Position numbers and translations under genes: made by a program
Notes under the pieces: generated by a model
Databases searched by the model: none
What the model was told of the DNA's origin: nothing
Seen by the model: only the letters and a program-made list of their open reading frames with translations
Part shown: in pieces, positions 51,740 to 64,000 of the stretch
Position numbering within the stretch: position 1 is the first letter of the stretch
Layout: every line of letters begins with the position of its first letter
Source: Octopus bimaculoides
Taxonomy: Eukaryota
DNA: 64,000 bases
NCBI RefSeq assembly: GCF_001194135.2
Contig: NC_068984.1
Location: 98,819,538-98,883,537, forward strand
Direction: 5' to 3'

Positions 51740-51999
51740 ATCATCATCATCATCGTTTAACATCCGCTTTCCATGCTAGCATGGGTTGGACGATTTGACT
51801 GAGGACTGGTGCAACCGGATGGCTACACCAGGCTCCAATCTAATTTGGCAGAGTTTCTACAGCTGTATGCCCTTCCTAACGCCAACCACTCAGAGAGTGT
51901 AGTGGGTGCTTTTACGTGTCACCCGCACGAAAACGGCCACGCTCGAAATGGTGTCTTTTATGTGCCATCCGCACAAGAGCCAGTCCAGGGGCACTAGCA
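51740..51999 (-). mobile_element. RTE 3' tail running into a gap
   Basis: (cat)n cgtttaacatccgctttccatgctagcatgggttggacg...; same family as 5752 and 45880. Confidence 0.85.
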
Positions 52000-52672
52000 N
52001 NNNNNNNNNNNNNNNNNNNNNNNNNNNNNNNNNNNNNNNNNNNNNNNNNNNNNNNNNNNNNNNNNNNNNNNNNNNNNNNNNNNNNNNNNNNNNNNNNNNN
52101 NNNNNNNNNNNNNNNNNNNNNNNNNNNNNNNNNNNNNNNNNNNNNNNNNNNNNNNNNNNNNNNNNNNNNNNNNNNNNNNNNNNNNNNNNNNNNNNNNNNN
52201 NNNNNNNNNNNNNNNNNNNNNNNNNNNNNNNNNNNNNNNNNNNNNNNNNNNNNNNNNNNNNNNNNNNNNNNNNNNNNNNNNNNNNNNNNNNNNNNNNNNN
52301 NNNNNNNNNNNNNNNNNNNNNNNNNNNNNNNNNNNNNNNNNNNNNNNNNNNNNNNNNNNNNNNNNNNNNNNNNNNNNNNNNNNNNNNNNNNNNNNNNNNN
52401 NNNNNNNNNNNNNNNNNNNNNNNNNNNNNNNNNNNNNNNNNNNNNNNNNNNNNNNNNNNNNNNNNNNNNNNNNNNNNNNNNNNNNNNNNNNNNNNNNNNN
52501 NNNNNNNNNNNNNNNNNNNNNNNNNNNNNNNNNNNNNNNNNNNNNNNNNNNNNNNNNNNNNNNNNNNNNNNNNNNNNNNNNNNNNNNNNNNNNNNNNNNN
52601 NNNNNNNNNNNNNNNNNNNNNNNNNNNNNNNNNNNNNNNNNNNNNNNNNNNNNNNNNNNNNNNNNNNNNNNN

Positions 52673-52708
<36 letters not shown>

Positions 52709-52914
52709 CAGTAGGTGAGATCTGGAGATGCTCAATATAGAAAACACATAGTAGTGCTCAAATGATTTGAACTTAAATTGTGAAGTCTTTATTGTAAGAG
52801 AAATCCAGGTGAGCTTTATATGGAAATTGTGATGTAGATAAACATAATTAGGCTTGATATATACAAATACATATACACATATAGATATATATTGGGATAT
52901 GTATATAGATAATA

Positions 52915-53150
52915 GAGATATGTGGCATAGTGGTTAAGGTATTGGACTCATGATTGTAAGATTGAGGTTTTTGTTTCCTGGACAGGGTGATGCATTGTGT
53001 TCTTGAGCAAGACACTTCATTTCACATTACTCCAGTCCACTCAGCTGGGAAAAATGAGTAATCTGGCAATGGATCAGCATCCCATCTAGGTGGGAAATAT
53101 ATATGCCACTGAAACCAGGAAACCAGACCTTATGATCTGACATGATTCCA
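52915..53150 (+). mobile_element. tRNA-derived SINE with CORE-like central domain (family S3)
   Basis: gtggcatagtggttaaggtattggactcatgatt (tRNA 5' half), then tgtgttcttgagcaagacacttcatttcac...aaaatgagta. Confidence 0.7.
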
Positions 53151-54260
53151 GAAGAAAACATTTATTTCATGTTTTTTTTGTATATATATAGATACAAAAA
53201 CTCAATACATTCAGAAGATATTTATGTATATTGAAAAATTAAACGTATTTTTATATAGAGTATAAAAAATACAGAAAACTAAGCAGGGAGTGCATAGCTT
53301 TTTAACTCAACAGCTGTTTCTGGGAGCTTGGAGGTATGTAATAATTGTAATGTTCATAATTAGCAGAGGAGATGTGTAAAAAGTCATGGAGAGATGGATA
53401 CATAGAGACATTACTATAATCTCAGCTTCCTTCATCTGGAGGGGAGATTGGCAGGTAGCAATTCACATCATGGTGTGAAAGATTTAAAGGTTAAAACCCT
53501 GTATTTTTTATACTTCATGTAAAAGTAAATTTATTTGTTAATATATATATAAATATTTATATGCCAGAACATGTGTTTATCTTCTGAATATATTTAGGTT
53601 TTATATAATATATATATATGCCCCTATCTATGTAACTATATTTTGTATATATATGTATATTTATATATATCAGGCCTAATCGTGTTTAACTGTATCACTA
53701 TCTCTCTCCCTCTCTATATATACATATATACATGTGTGTGTGTGTGTGTGTGTGTGTATGAAACATAATTAGTTACAGAATATAGGTACAGACACAGAGA
53801 TCGGTGAACATGATAATAAGGTAATTCGAAACATAATTATATACAACTAATGTCATATATATGTGTGTAATAGGTTTCATGACACTGTATATAAATAAAA
53901 TAGGAAATACATAATGGAGATTGTGTATTTGATGTCTTTTAAACATACCCACATGTATATGTGTGTATCTATGGAAATATGGTTCTGTAATAGAATGTGT
54001 GCAAGTGAATAGCTATTATGTGTGTATTACATAAATGGATGTATGAATTCATATATTTGTATATGTTTGTGTGTGTGTGTGTTTGTGTGTTTGTGTGTGT
54101 GTACACGTACAAATGCATACAAACTCACACACACGTCAGTATCACAATATTGTATATTGAAAGAGGAGGGTAAGAGATTAAGTATGTGTTGAGCATTACA
54201 ATACCATCTACAATAATAATAATAATAATATATTTACATTAAAAATAATAATAAAAATAA

Positions 54261-54292
<32 letters not shown>

Positions 54293-54998
54293 ATAATGAT
54301 GATGATAATAATATTAAACTTCAGCATTATTATTTCCTTCTGTTTTTTGTTTCATTTATTTCAAATGAAATCAAATCATATTAGAACAAAATACAATACA
54401 ATATCATATATATTATATATATTTTAAATGTCCATATACTCTAAATGTCAATAAATAGAGCAGAAAATATGGAAGTAGATATAGTGTAGAAGTCTATTTC
54501 AGTAATTCACCGTGAATTTAGAATTATTGTCTTGTCTATTATTTCTTATTGCTTAAATGATTTGGCTTACAACAATCCCTATATTTGGAAATAATTCCAC
54601 TATTATGTATGACTCTTTCCTATTTGCCATCTTTATTCAGTGATGTAGTTTGGAGGATTGAAAAATCAGGAAAATAATAAAGAAATTTTAAAAATATTTC
54701 TGTGAGTAGGTGGCAGAAATGTATTCTGAAAAACTCTTCTACATTTGTTTTGTCTGTATCCATGAGATAATGGCCCTTCAGTTTGTTGCAGTGATTATTG
54801 GTTGGTCGGATGGTTGATGGTTGATTAGTCAGTTGGATGGATAGTCAGTGGGTTGTTTGTTTGCTGTATGTCTTTCATCTAGATCTTATTTCTATAGCCA
54901 CCAAGTAGGAATCACATTACATAATTAAACCTGTATCTTTGTATGTATGTGGCAATATGGAAATATGTTTGTACATATGCATGACTATATATTTAGAA

Positions 54999-55029
<31 letters not shown>

Positions 55030-55249
55030 GAGTGTGTGAGAAATTCACCACATATATATATGTATGTATGTATGCATATATATATATATATATATATGTA
55101 TGTACATCTTCACACAACCAACACATATATATACAAGCACACATTTATGTAATTTATATATATCACTGTAGAGAGAGCCATAAAAACTTGGAAATAGGCT
55201 TAGAATGATTGGAAGAATGTAGAGAAGCAAAACATGATATCAGGTAATT

Positions 55250-56420
55250 AGGATAGAAGCTTTACAACAGTTATATTTAGAAAGGGAAAAAGCAGAAAGT
55301 AAAATATTTACCAATGTTTTGCAGTAAAGGGATCAGAAATTTACTTGTCTGAGATGGTAAAGTTGTGTGTCCGTTTGAATCAGGATGTTATTGGTGAAAA
55401 CTGTGTGCATGTAGCCCTCAGTGACATTAAACAGAAACACATGGAAATGGTACTACAAGTGGTCACTAAAAGAAGGAAGATGTATTGGAGAGAATGAACT
55501 ATCTGTAAAGAGATCCATCTGAGGTCATTCTGTTGAAATGATCATTGAGAATTTAAAAGCAGAGAATGGAGCCTGACCAGTAGGTATAGTCACCAAGATG
55601 ATGAAAAAATCTAATGAAGTAGGTCACATACTAATCTTTCACATAGGCAATCAGATAATACAGGAAGGGGTTGTTTGTAATGACTGGTATATAAAGTGTT
55701 AAAAGGTAAGTGGAGATTCTCTATAAAGAAACTATTACATAGACATCAAGTTGACGGACCAAATTATGAAAGTAACAGAACAAACTACAGTACACTAAAT
55801 TAGAAAGAAAATTAGCTTAGAGGAGATGAAGTTTAAGTTTGTGCTTGGCAACACTAACACCCTCTTCTTAATGAGACAGCTACCAGAAAGTTCTTAGTTA
55901 AGTACAGTCGTACTACTTAGCATTTGTTAACCTAAAGAATATCTTTGACAGAGTGTCATGCTCTGTAGTTTAAAGATGGTTAAGAAAATAGCACATGACT
56001 TATGAGGAACATGTAAACCATGTTCAGGGATGCAGCTAGCAAGATGAAAGTTTGCAGGTAGAGGTTCATTGAAAGGTGCCTTTGTTCTGAGCCCCCTTCT
56101 TGCTTATTATAGCTCTTCAGGTAAAAACAGAGGCGTTTAAGGGAGGCTTTCCATGGAAACTTTTGATGATCTGGTACCCTTAACTGAATCTGTTGAAAAA
56201 TGTGAGGAGAAATTCTAAATCTAGAAACAAAGTCTAGAATTAAGATGTCTTAAAGTAAACCAAGCAAATAGTTTTATTTAACACAATCCCCACTCCACCC
56301 AGATCTCTAGGAAGTGGCCATATTTAATAAGGTAAGAAGTAATGAGTATGAATTCAGTGTATATTGTGGGTACACAAAGGATACAATGGAATCACGAGCA
56401 GACTGAAAGAAAAGATGTCA
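55250..56420 (+). mobile_element. Heavily decayed RTE LINE body
   Basis: Remnants such as YIDIKLTDQIMKVTE, MKFKFVLG, YLAFVNL..IFDRV and GSLKGAFVLSPLL parallel the 47 kb copy; many stops. Confidence 0.6.
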
Positions 56421-56697
56421 TATGAACAGTTGTGTAATGATGGTGGTGGTGGTGGTGATGGTGTTGGTGTTATACATGTAATATGCATAAATCAATATGA
56501 TAATAAATTTAAATAATGATGGTTATTTTTAAACTTAGACTCAGAACATAAAAAGGGCACATAACAGAATCTAGAGGCTAGATGTAGTAAAATCCCTGCC
56601 TATGGCACCACTTTATCAGTGCCCTCTATCATTGATCTTCCCCCCCTCCTCCTCCTCCTCATCATCATCATCATCACCATCATCACCACCACCACAT

Positions 56698-56730
<33 letters not shown>

Positions 56731-58874
56731 TCACTTACCATCTGCATTTCTGTACTAACATGAGTTGGATGGGCCATCATGTTTTTATTCAGAGTCACTG
56801 CCCTGTCTACTCTCCAGACAAATTGGTTACAGATGTCACTCATACATTCTATTTTGGCATGATTGCAATGGCTTGATGCTTCTATAGTGTTTATTGTAGG
56901 CATCTTATAGTGACACTAGCACTAGAAAGGTTATCTTGTTCTCAGCAAGACTAAAGAAGGGGCTCAGAACTAAGGTACCTTTCAATGAACCCCTACCTCC
57001 TAATTTTCATCTTGCTAGCTGCACCCCCAAACATGGCTTACATGTTCTTCATTAGTTGATCAGCACCAGATTACCTCTGTTCCAACAGAACTAAAAAGTC
57101 TTTATTCTCTGTTTTGTCTTCATTTGCTAATGTAGCAGTTATGTATATATTGGAAAGGGCTTGTGAAATAAAATCTAGAGATCAAAGATTGAATTTGAAT
57201 TCAGAACATATAGGTATGAAACTGAGATGCAATAAAGCTATCACACTCACCATGATGTACCCATCTCCACAATTTCTATTCTTAATATATTATTAATTCA
57301 CTAATTTCATGGAGATTCAGAAACATAGATTTCAGAAATTGATGTGAAAATTAAATCTGGAATGGTTGATGTGTGAAAATATTGAGTTTTCAGAATATTC
57401 TGACAGCAGCTGATGAAGACATTGTTGCAGTTTCAATAGACTTAACATTCTATTATACTTAATCGATTGTCATCGTTTCACCTAATAATTCACAAATTTC
57501 TTTGTATTTTCTGTATATCTATCTGTCTGTGTATGCATGTGTATGTGTTTGTATATATTTGTGCTTAAGAAGTTTACCTCACAATTGTAAGGTTCCAGGT
57601 TCAGTTCAAAGGTTCACTTAAATTGTTCATCACTTCCTTGTTTCTGTTTGAAACACTGAGAACTTCTTACGTTTCAAATAGGAGATGGGTTCCTTTTTGT
57701 CTCACTTTCTGCTTGAGTTCAAAATTTAGGGCTGGGGTCAGGTTTGGTTGCCAGTGAATCTATCACTGCTGTACTTGTAGAGTTAATCTCAAACAGACAA
57801 TCCCATCCCACTGTTGCAGGACTTTAAATCAGTCAATGAGACAAGCTTTGGATAATGTGTTTCATAAATGGCAACCGTGCCTGTTCACTGTTGTTGTCTT
57901 GAAGAATCTTAGTTGATGCATCAACCTCAGTATGTGTAAACCCATCATTGTCATTCATGATATCCTCTGTGTGCATTGACACCAATTGGACCTCATGACC
58001 AGTAGAATGTGTCCCTTCTACAAGAAGTGAAAGAGCACATACTTTAATTTAGTCAGATGTTTCCATTGACAAGATACAATGGTCAAGTCATTGTGCACTA
58101 CCAAAGCAATGTAGATATCAGCCACATCTGCTGATCTCTTAGAGACAACTTCTCAGCCCTTATGCAACAAATTTGGAGCTTAGATTAGTTAATTATATTG
58201 ACCTCAGTACATGTCTGGTACTTTCTTCTGTCAAACCAGGAAGATGGAAGGTAAAGTTGACCCTGGCAAGATTTGAACTCAGAACATAAATCATTTCAAC
58301 TTTATACTACAATGTTTGATGATTTACTGTTTTTATTTAGCTGCCTAATAATAATAATGATGGTGAATTCTTGAAAGCATCATGTGAGGAGAACATTATA
58401 AGAACAGTTTACTTTTTGTGAAGGGATTTATATAAAATCATGAAAAAGAACAAATATGACTGGCGAGAAACTAATAGTGTGAATGATGCAGTCCTCCCAA
58501 TACAGAAGAGCCTCCAAATAGGACCAGTCAAGATACTCCACAGATCCAAAATCAGACTGTCTGGCAAGTGCACATACCCTCACACACCTGTTGTCCTCAA
58601 GTCTACTGGCACATCCCTCTCTCACCTATTGTTCTCCATGCTACAAGTATATGCTTAGGCAGTTTCATCACAGTCACCCTTCTTTATAGAAATTCACTGA
58701 AGAAGAGCACTTCCCTCTCATTCCTTACTTTTCTTCCCAAGTAGAACTTGAAAAAGTTGATGAAAAAGTCAAAGAGGAAGTTGTCTGACCTTAATCCTTT
58801 CAGCCTCTTTCATCACACAACCTCTTTTGCCATAATCACCAGAGAGAAGAAAACTGCCTGCCCAGCCCTATTAA

Positions 58875-60014
58875 CCCTTTCGTTACTAACCCGGCCGTAG
58901 CCGGCCGAAAAAATTTTTGGTTCATAAGACTAACCCGGCCGTAGCCGGCCGATCGTACCCATTGTTATTTAAATGTATATTTGAACCCAAATCTCGTTAG
59001 TACATTCGCTAAAACACCTGATTTCACTTTGCAAACAGTTAAGTTATTGTTTCCGACATTGTTTGGCGTGATATTTGAACTCAGTGAATTTTGGAAGATT
59101 TTTTTCCACATTTTTTGCGGCGTTAATTTTTTTCAACTTTGAAGATGGAGAGGAGTTTCATGCTATCAAGCAGTGATTCCGAATTTGAAGGTTTTTCAAC
59201 AGAAGATATGNNNNNNNNNNNNNNNNNNNNNNNNNNNNNNNNNNNNNNNNNNNNNNNNNNNNNNNNNNNNNNNNNNNNNNNNNNNNNNNNNNNNNNNNNN
59301 NNNNNNNNNNNNNNNNNNNNNNNNNNNNNNNNNNNNNNNNNNNNNNNNNNNNNNNNNNNNNNNNNNNNNNNNNNNNNNNNNNNNNNNNNNNNNNNNNNNN
59401 NNNNNNNNNNNNNNNNNNNNNNNNNNNNNNNNNNNNNNNNNNNNNNNNNNNNNNNNNNNNNNNNNNNNNNNNNNNNNNNNNNNNNNNNNNNNNNNNNNNN
59501 NNNNNNNNNNNNNNNNNNNNNNNNNNNNNNNNNNNNNNNNNNNNNNNNNNNNNNNNNNNNNNNNNNNNNNNNNNNNNNNNNNNNNNNNNNNNNNNNNNNN
59601 NNNNNNNNNNNAACTGTAGATGAAATACGGGCATTTTTTGCCATAAATATTATTGTGGGTATTAAACAGTTACCCAGAATAACAAATTACTGGAGTGATC
59701 AGGAACCTTTTGGCGATGAATATATTTCCAGTATTATGAACGAGTACGATTTGTGAAGCTGAACCAATATTTACATGTGAGAGACATTAGCAGTACACCC
59801 CCCCCCAGTAGGTGGAGAACTTTGAGACAAAAATTATGCCATAGAATTGATTAAGAACCCTTTCTTTAATTAGGTTCCAAATATCACATTAATATGTTGA
59901 TAAATAAAAAAGTTACAGGTGTTTAATGAGACTAGTCTAAATGCATGATTATTTTAGAATTTAATTGAAACTCATGAGGGGTGTATTTTGGTCAGAAGTA
60001 TAGTAACGAAAGGG
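58875..60014 (+). mobile_element. piggyBac element (PGBD4-like), internally deleted
   Basis: TTAA at 58871-74 and 60015-18; perfect 14-bp TIRs CCCTTTCGTTACTA / TAGTAACGAAAGGG; ORF from 59145 (MERSFMLSSSDSEFEGFS...) and TVDEIRAFFAINIIVGIKQLPRITNYWSDQEPFGDEYISSIMN; catalytic region absent. Confidence 0.93.
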
Positions 60015-60249
60015 TTAAAGAAGGTAGTGGTGCAATCTTCAATGGACTTGGCTGATAACCAGGTCCATTCTATGCACAGCTATGGCTTTTGGCGAAAATG
60101 CCATATGTTGGTGATGTTCAAACATTGCACAAGTGAATGCAATAGTTTCACCACTCTGCATGCCACTTGAACAACCCTACTTTATAACACTCTCATGCCT
60201 GGTAGAGATCATATCAAACTGGTAGAAACTCCCAAACAGACTAGCTAGT

Positions 60250-61930
60250 TCATCCTCAGCAATACCAAGAGTTTCTCTGAAGGCAACATCACTCAATGAT
60301 CATCACATTTGAATCTTGAGTTCCTATGCAACGCGCACTATGAGCTGAGAAAGAATGAAGCTTGCCTCAACCACCTTCTCTTCATGGATGATTTAAAACT
60401 GATCACAAAAACAGAGCCTGAAATGGAGAGGCTGGTTGAAACTGTGCAAATTGTGTAACAAGAATATAGGGATGGAATTTGGTATCTTGAAGCATGTGGT
60501 GCTTACTCTGAAGCAGGGAAAAAGAACAATTGTAGGGGCATAGAATTGCCAAACAGAGAGAGGACAGAATACCCAGATGATGATGAGTACAAGTAACTTG
60601 GGATCTTGGAATTGGACAACATCTTACACAGAGAAAAGAAAGACAAGGTCATCACTGCATATTTCAAGTGCCTTAAACTTCTCTTGAAATCAAAACTCAA
60701 CTCAAGGAACCTTGTGATTGCCATCAACATATGGGCAGTTGCTGCAGTCCGCTATAGTCCACCCATCCTGAAATGGACATAAGCAGAAATTAACCAACTC
60801 AGTTGCACTACCTGAAAGACAATGATAATGTATGGTGCCCTCCACCATAAGGCGAATGTACACAGGCTTTACATGAAGAGGGGTAAATGTGGATGTGGGC
60901 TGATTAGCGTACAGGAGTGCATCAACAGTGAAAGAAGAAACATAGCAGAATATTTGATAAACAGTAAACAAGACCTGTTACAGTATGCTGCTAATGCAGA
61001 AGGATTTAGCAAAAATGGACTTGAGAGTGCTCATGAATTCCAATCAAGAACAGCCAACAAAAGAGAAGAAACCCTACTCCGCATGGAATTACATGGTCAA
61101 TTCCACTGTGAAACCAACAAATTAAAAGACCAGGAAGCATCATGGAGGTGGCTTAACAAGAGTGACCTAAAAAGAATACTGAAAGCCTAATCATCACTGC
61201 CCAGGATCAGGCATTGAATACCAACTCAGTAAAAAAGAATATATACCACACAAGTGCAACAGACCTCTGCAGAATGTGTGGGAAGATGGTTGAAAGCATG
61301 ACTCACATTGTTAGTGCTTGTAAGTCTTGTGCAGAAAGAGTACAAGCACAGACATGACAAGATAGCCCCTAACCTCCACTGGCTACTATACCATAAGTAT
61401 GAACATGAAGTTATGGGTGCTTGGTACCAACATACACCAGAAAAGGTAATGGATGAAAAGGGGAAGGCAAAGATACTCTGGGACTTTGACTTCCAGATAG
61501 ACAAGGTATTAGAGCACCGAAGGCTGGATATAGTAACTTTTAGGAGGGACAAACAAGCGTGTCTAATAACTGTTGTGGCAGTGCCAGGAGATCAACATGT
61601 CATCATGAAAGAAAGAGAAAAGGCTGATAAATATGAGAATTGAGATCGCTAAGATGTGGCAGCTACAAGAGTCAAACATAAAGGTTATCCCTAATGTCAT
61701 CGGAGCATTGGGTTCAATACCACCCAATCTGAAAAAACATTTGTAAAGTTTAGAAATACCCCACAATCTAGGTGTATTGCAAAAGTTCGCATTATTTGGA
61801 ATTGCAGACATATTGCATAAAGTACTGTCTGTCTGAGGTCCTTGTTCTGACTTGACAAATGGTACAAACCCCTGGTAGACACAGTATCTTCAATCAACAA
61901 CCTCACAATATTGTATACTGTGCGATGTCT
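60250..61930 (+). mobile_element. R4/Dong-like RLE non-LTR retrotransposon (second family)
   Basis: RT LNHLLFMDDLKL; YKYLGILE; LYMKRGKCGCGLISV; CCHC CRMCGKMVESMTHIVSAC; RLE KILWDFDFQIDKVLEHRRLDIV...VAVPGD...EKADKY; ends at (TAA)n. Confidence 0.9.
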
Positions 61931-61962
61931 ATAATAACAATAGTAATAATAATAATAATAAC

Positions 61963-62001
<39 letters not shown>
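61931..62001. repeat. (AAT)n microsatellite (continues 62207-62243 and between the SINEs)
   Basis: Direct reading. Confidence 0.95.
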
Positions 62002-62002
62002 T

Positions 62003-62205
62003 TCAAATTTTGGCACAAGGCCAGCAATTTCAGGGGAGTGGGTAAGTTGGTTACATTGACCACAGTGTTCATCCGGTACTTATTTTATCAACCCCAAAAT
62101 GATGAAAGGCAAAGTTGACAACTGAATTTGATCAGAATGTAAAACTGTAAAAAATGCTGCTAAGCATTTTGCTGGGCATGCTAATGATTCTGTCAACTTG
62201 CTACC

Positions 62206-62249
<44 letters not shown>

Positions 62250-62805
62250 TTTATCAACCCTAAAAGGATGAAAGGCAAAATAAACCTCAGCAGCATTTGA
62301 ACTCAGAGTGTAAAGATGGACGAAATACCATTAAGCATTTTGCCTGGTGTGCTAACGATTCTGCTAGCTCACTGCCATAATAATCTTTTCTACTAAAGGC
62401 ACAAGGCCTGAAATTTGACGGGCGGGGACTAGTTGATTATATCGACCCCAGTGTTCATTGACCCTGAAAGGATGAAAGGCAAAGTCGACTTCAGCAGAAT
62501 TTGCACTCTGAATGTAAAGACAGACGGAATGCCACTAAGCAATCTGCCCAATGTGCTAACAACTCTGTCAGCTCACCACCATAATAATGATAATCCACTC
62601 TGTTATAAGCACAAGGCCCGAAATTTAGTGGAGGGGGATAGTGGATTACATCAACCCCAGTGTTTCACTGGTACTTAATTTATTGACCCCAAAAAGATGA
62701 AAGGCAAAGTCGATCTTGGCAGAATTTGAACTCTGAATGTAAAGACGGACAAAATGCCACTAAGAATTTTGCCCAGCTAGCTAACAATTCTGCCAGCCCA
62801 ACCCC
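62003..62805 (-). mobile_element. Four head-to-tail SINE S2 copies separated by (AAT)n
   Basis: Copies ~62003-62206, 62244-62378 (5' half), 62384-62580 and 62595-62805, each with atgaaaggcaaa...tgaa(c)tc.ga...taagca.tttgc...tctg.cagc. Confidence 0.9.
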
Positions 62806-63469
62806 ATAATATCAATATTAATAATAATAATATTTGTAGTTACTATTTCTTTTCTGATAGATGGATGAAGGGGACATTACAACAGTGATGATAAAAACAA
62901 GAATTGTACTCGTATACCTAGATTGTAGCACAGTGATTGGGTGATTAAGACAAATTGTTGTTGTGCTATTTACTGATTTGGACATTATTTCAGAGGCTTC
63001 AACAAAAAAAATATTGAGATTATTATTAGCATGATGATGACGATGATGGTGATGATGGTAATGGAGTTGATTAAGTTTGTTTGTATTGATGTAAGCTGGT
63101 CACCTGACTGTAACAGACCTATTAACTGTATAGCGGCTGATACTTCAAATTGTTGCTAATCATGCCAGCAAGCTTTTTCTATTAATTCCACTGCAAGCTG
63201 AATTTTTTTTCCTTTCTCCCAACAGAATAATGTATAGAGTAGAGTGGAGTGCTTTTTAAGTCATCTGTAGTGCTGTAGATGTTAGAAATTATATTTCAGT
63301 TAAATAAAACATTGCTGCCATCTAAGCTATGGAATTCAATTGGTTGTACTAGGCAGAGGGGTTAGATGAAATATCATTCTAAAAAACATTAGAACATGAT
63401 ATATGTGTTGCAATGATGACATTACAATAGAGTGTCATTAGTATTAATATCAATATTAAATGTTATAAT

Positions 63470-63905
63470 ATAATATGTGACAATTAGTTGGTTAATAAAA
63501 ATCAGAGTTTCAGATGCTGGGGCTGAAGTCTGCCCCAGTATCTCATCAGTTATTAAAAAAAAAATTAATAAAAGGAAATTACTCCAATAGGCCTGGGGAA
63601 AGTAATACTTCATTCATAGAATACGCATATGCACACATATACACACATACATACACGTATACACACACACACACGTATGTATATATATCTATATACATAC
63701 TCACACACGTGTGTACATATACACACAAATACAAATATACATATATATATGTCTATGCATGCCTATTGGAGTACTTTCCTTTTATTCAACGTTTCTTTTT
63801 CTTCATAGTGTTTGTCTTGATAACTGATGAGATGCCAGAGCAGACTTCAGCCCCGGCATCTGAAACTCTGAGTTTTATTATGACAACCAACTAATCGTCA
63901 CATAT
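63470..63905. repeat. Foldback (arms ~63470-63592 / ~63760-63905) with an HHR in each arm (family C)
   Basis: tgtgacaattagttgg...tcagagtttcagatgctggggctgaagtctgcccc...tctcatcagttatt and aaaggaaattactccaataggc recur in reverse complement; microsatellite spacer. Confidence 0.9.
63812..63886 (+). ncRNA. Type I hammerhead-like ribozyme with an extra core U (family C)
   Basis: UUGUC-U-UGAUAA-CUGAUGA-GAUGCCAGAGC[AGACUUCA]GCCCCGGCAUC-U-GAAA-CUC[U]GAG-UU^-UUAUUA-U-GACAA; stem I 6+5 bp; palindromic stem III ACUCUGAGU; GUU triplet. Confidence 0.68.
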
Positions 63906-64000
63906 ATATTTATAGATAAATTCCTCTATTTTACATAATATCGAGATCTCATTCATTCTTTTGTTGTCATATTATTATTAATATACAAGCAGAGATACCC

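Noticed and set aside
57405-57450. CUGAUGA-A-GAC...GUU as an HHR
   Set aside because: GAAA is absent (tcaa) and there is no stem I.
62003-62805. CRISPR-like or satellite array
   Set aside because: Units are ~200-bp diverged tRNA-derived SINEs in a eukaryotic context; no constant short repeat with unique spacers.
63226-63310. Strong plus-strand acceptor followed by a short frame and AATAAA (terminal exon?)
   Set aside because: Only ~11 codons possible, no upstream partner exon identified.

Overview
AT-rich animal genomic DNA from a gapped draft scaffold (six N-gaps). The dense microsatellites and the SINE/RTE repertoire suggest an Octopus-type cephalopod genome (inference). No host gene could be identified with confidence; the window reads as intronic or intergenic DNA built from decayed mobile elements: Tc1/mariner elements (DD34E, DD37D, mariner, rosa-like), piggyBac, a Mag-like Gypsy LTR element, RTE, Tx1/L1 and R4/Dong-like LINEs, several tRNA-derived SINE families, Helitron-like ends, and about nine Penelope-like (PLE) remnants. 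The most interesting signal is a set of type I hammerhead ribozyme (HHR) folds from at least four unrelated sequence families. Each lies in or beside an inverted-repeat (foldback) structure, and three have PLE GIY-YIG coding remnants nearby. One HHR has a fully canonical core (15299-15364), one carries an unusual extra U in the core (63812-63886), and one sits behind a tRNA-like Pol III promoter as an apparent ribozyme-bearing SINE (44043-44294). A single (TAA)n microsatellite at ~62 kb has collected an R4/Dong-like LINE and four tandem SINEs. All folds and protein assignments were made by eye. Boundaries of decayed elements are approximate unless terminal repeats or target-site duplications are quoted.
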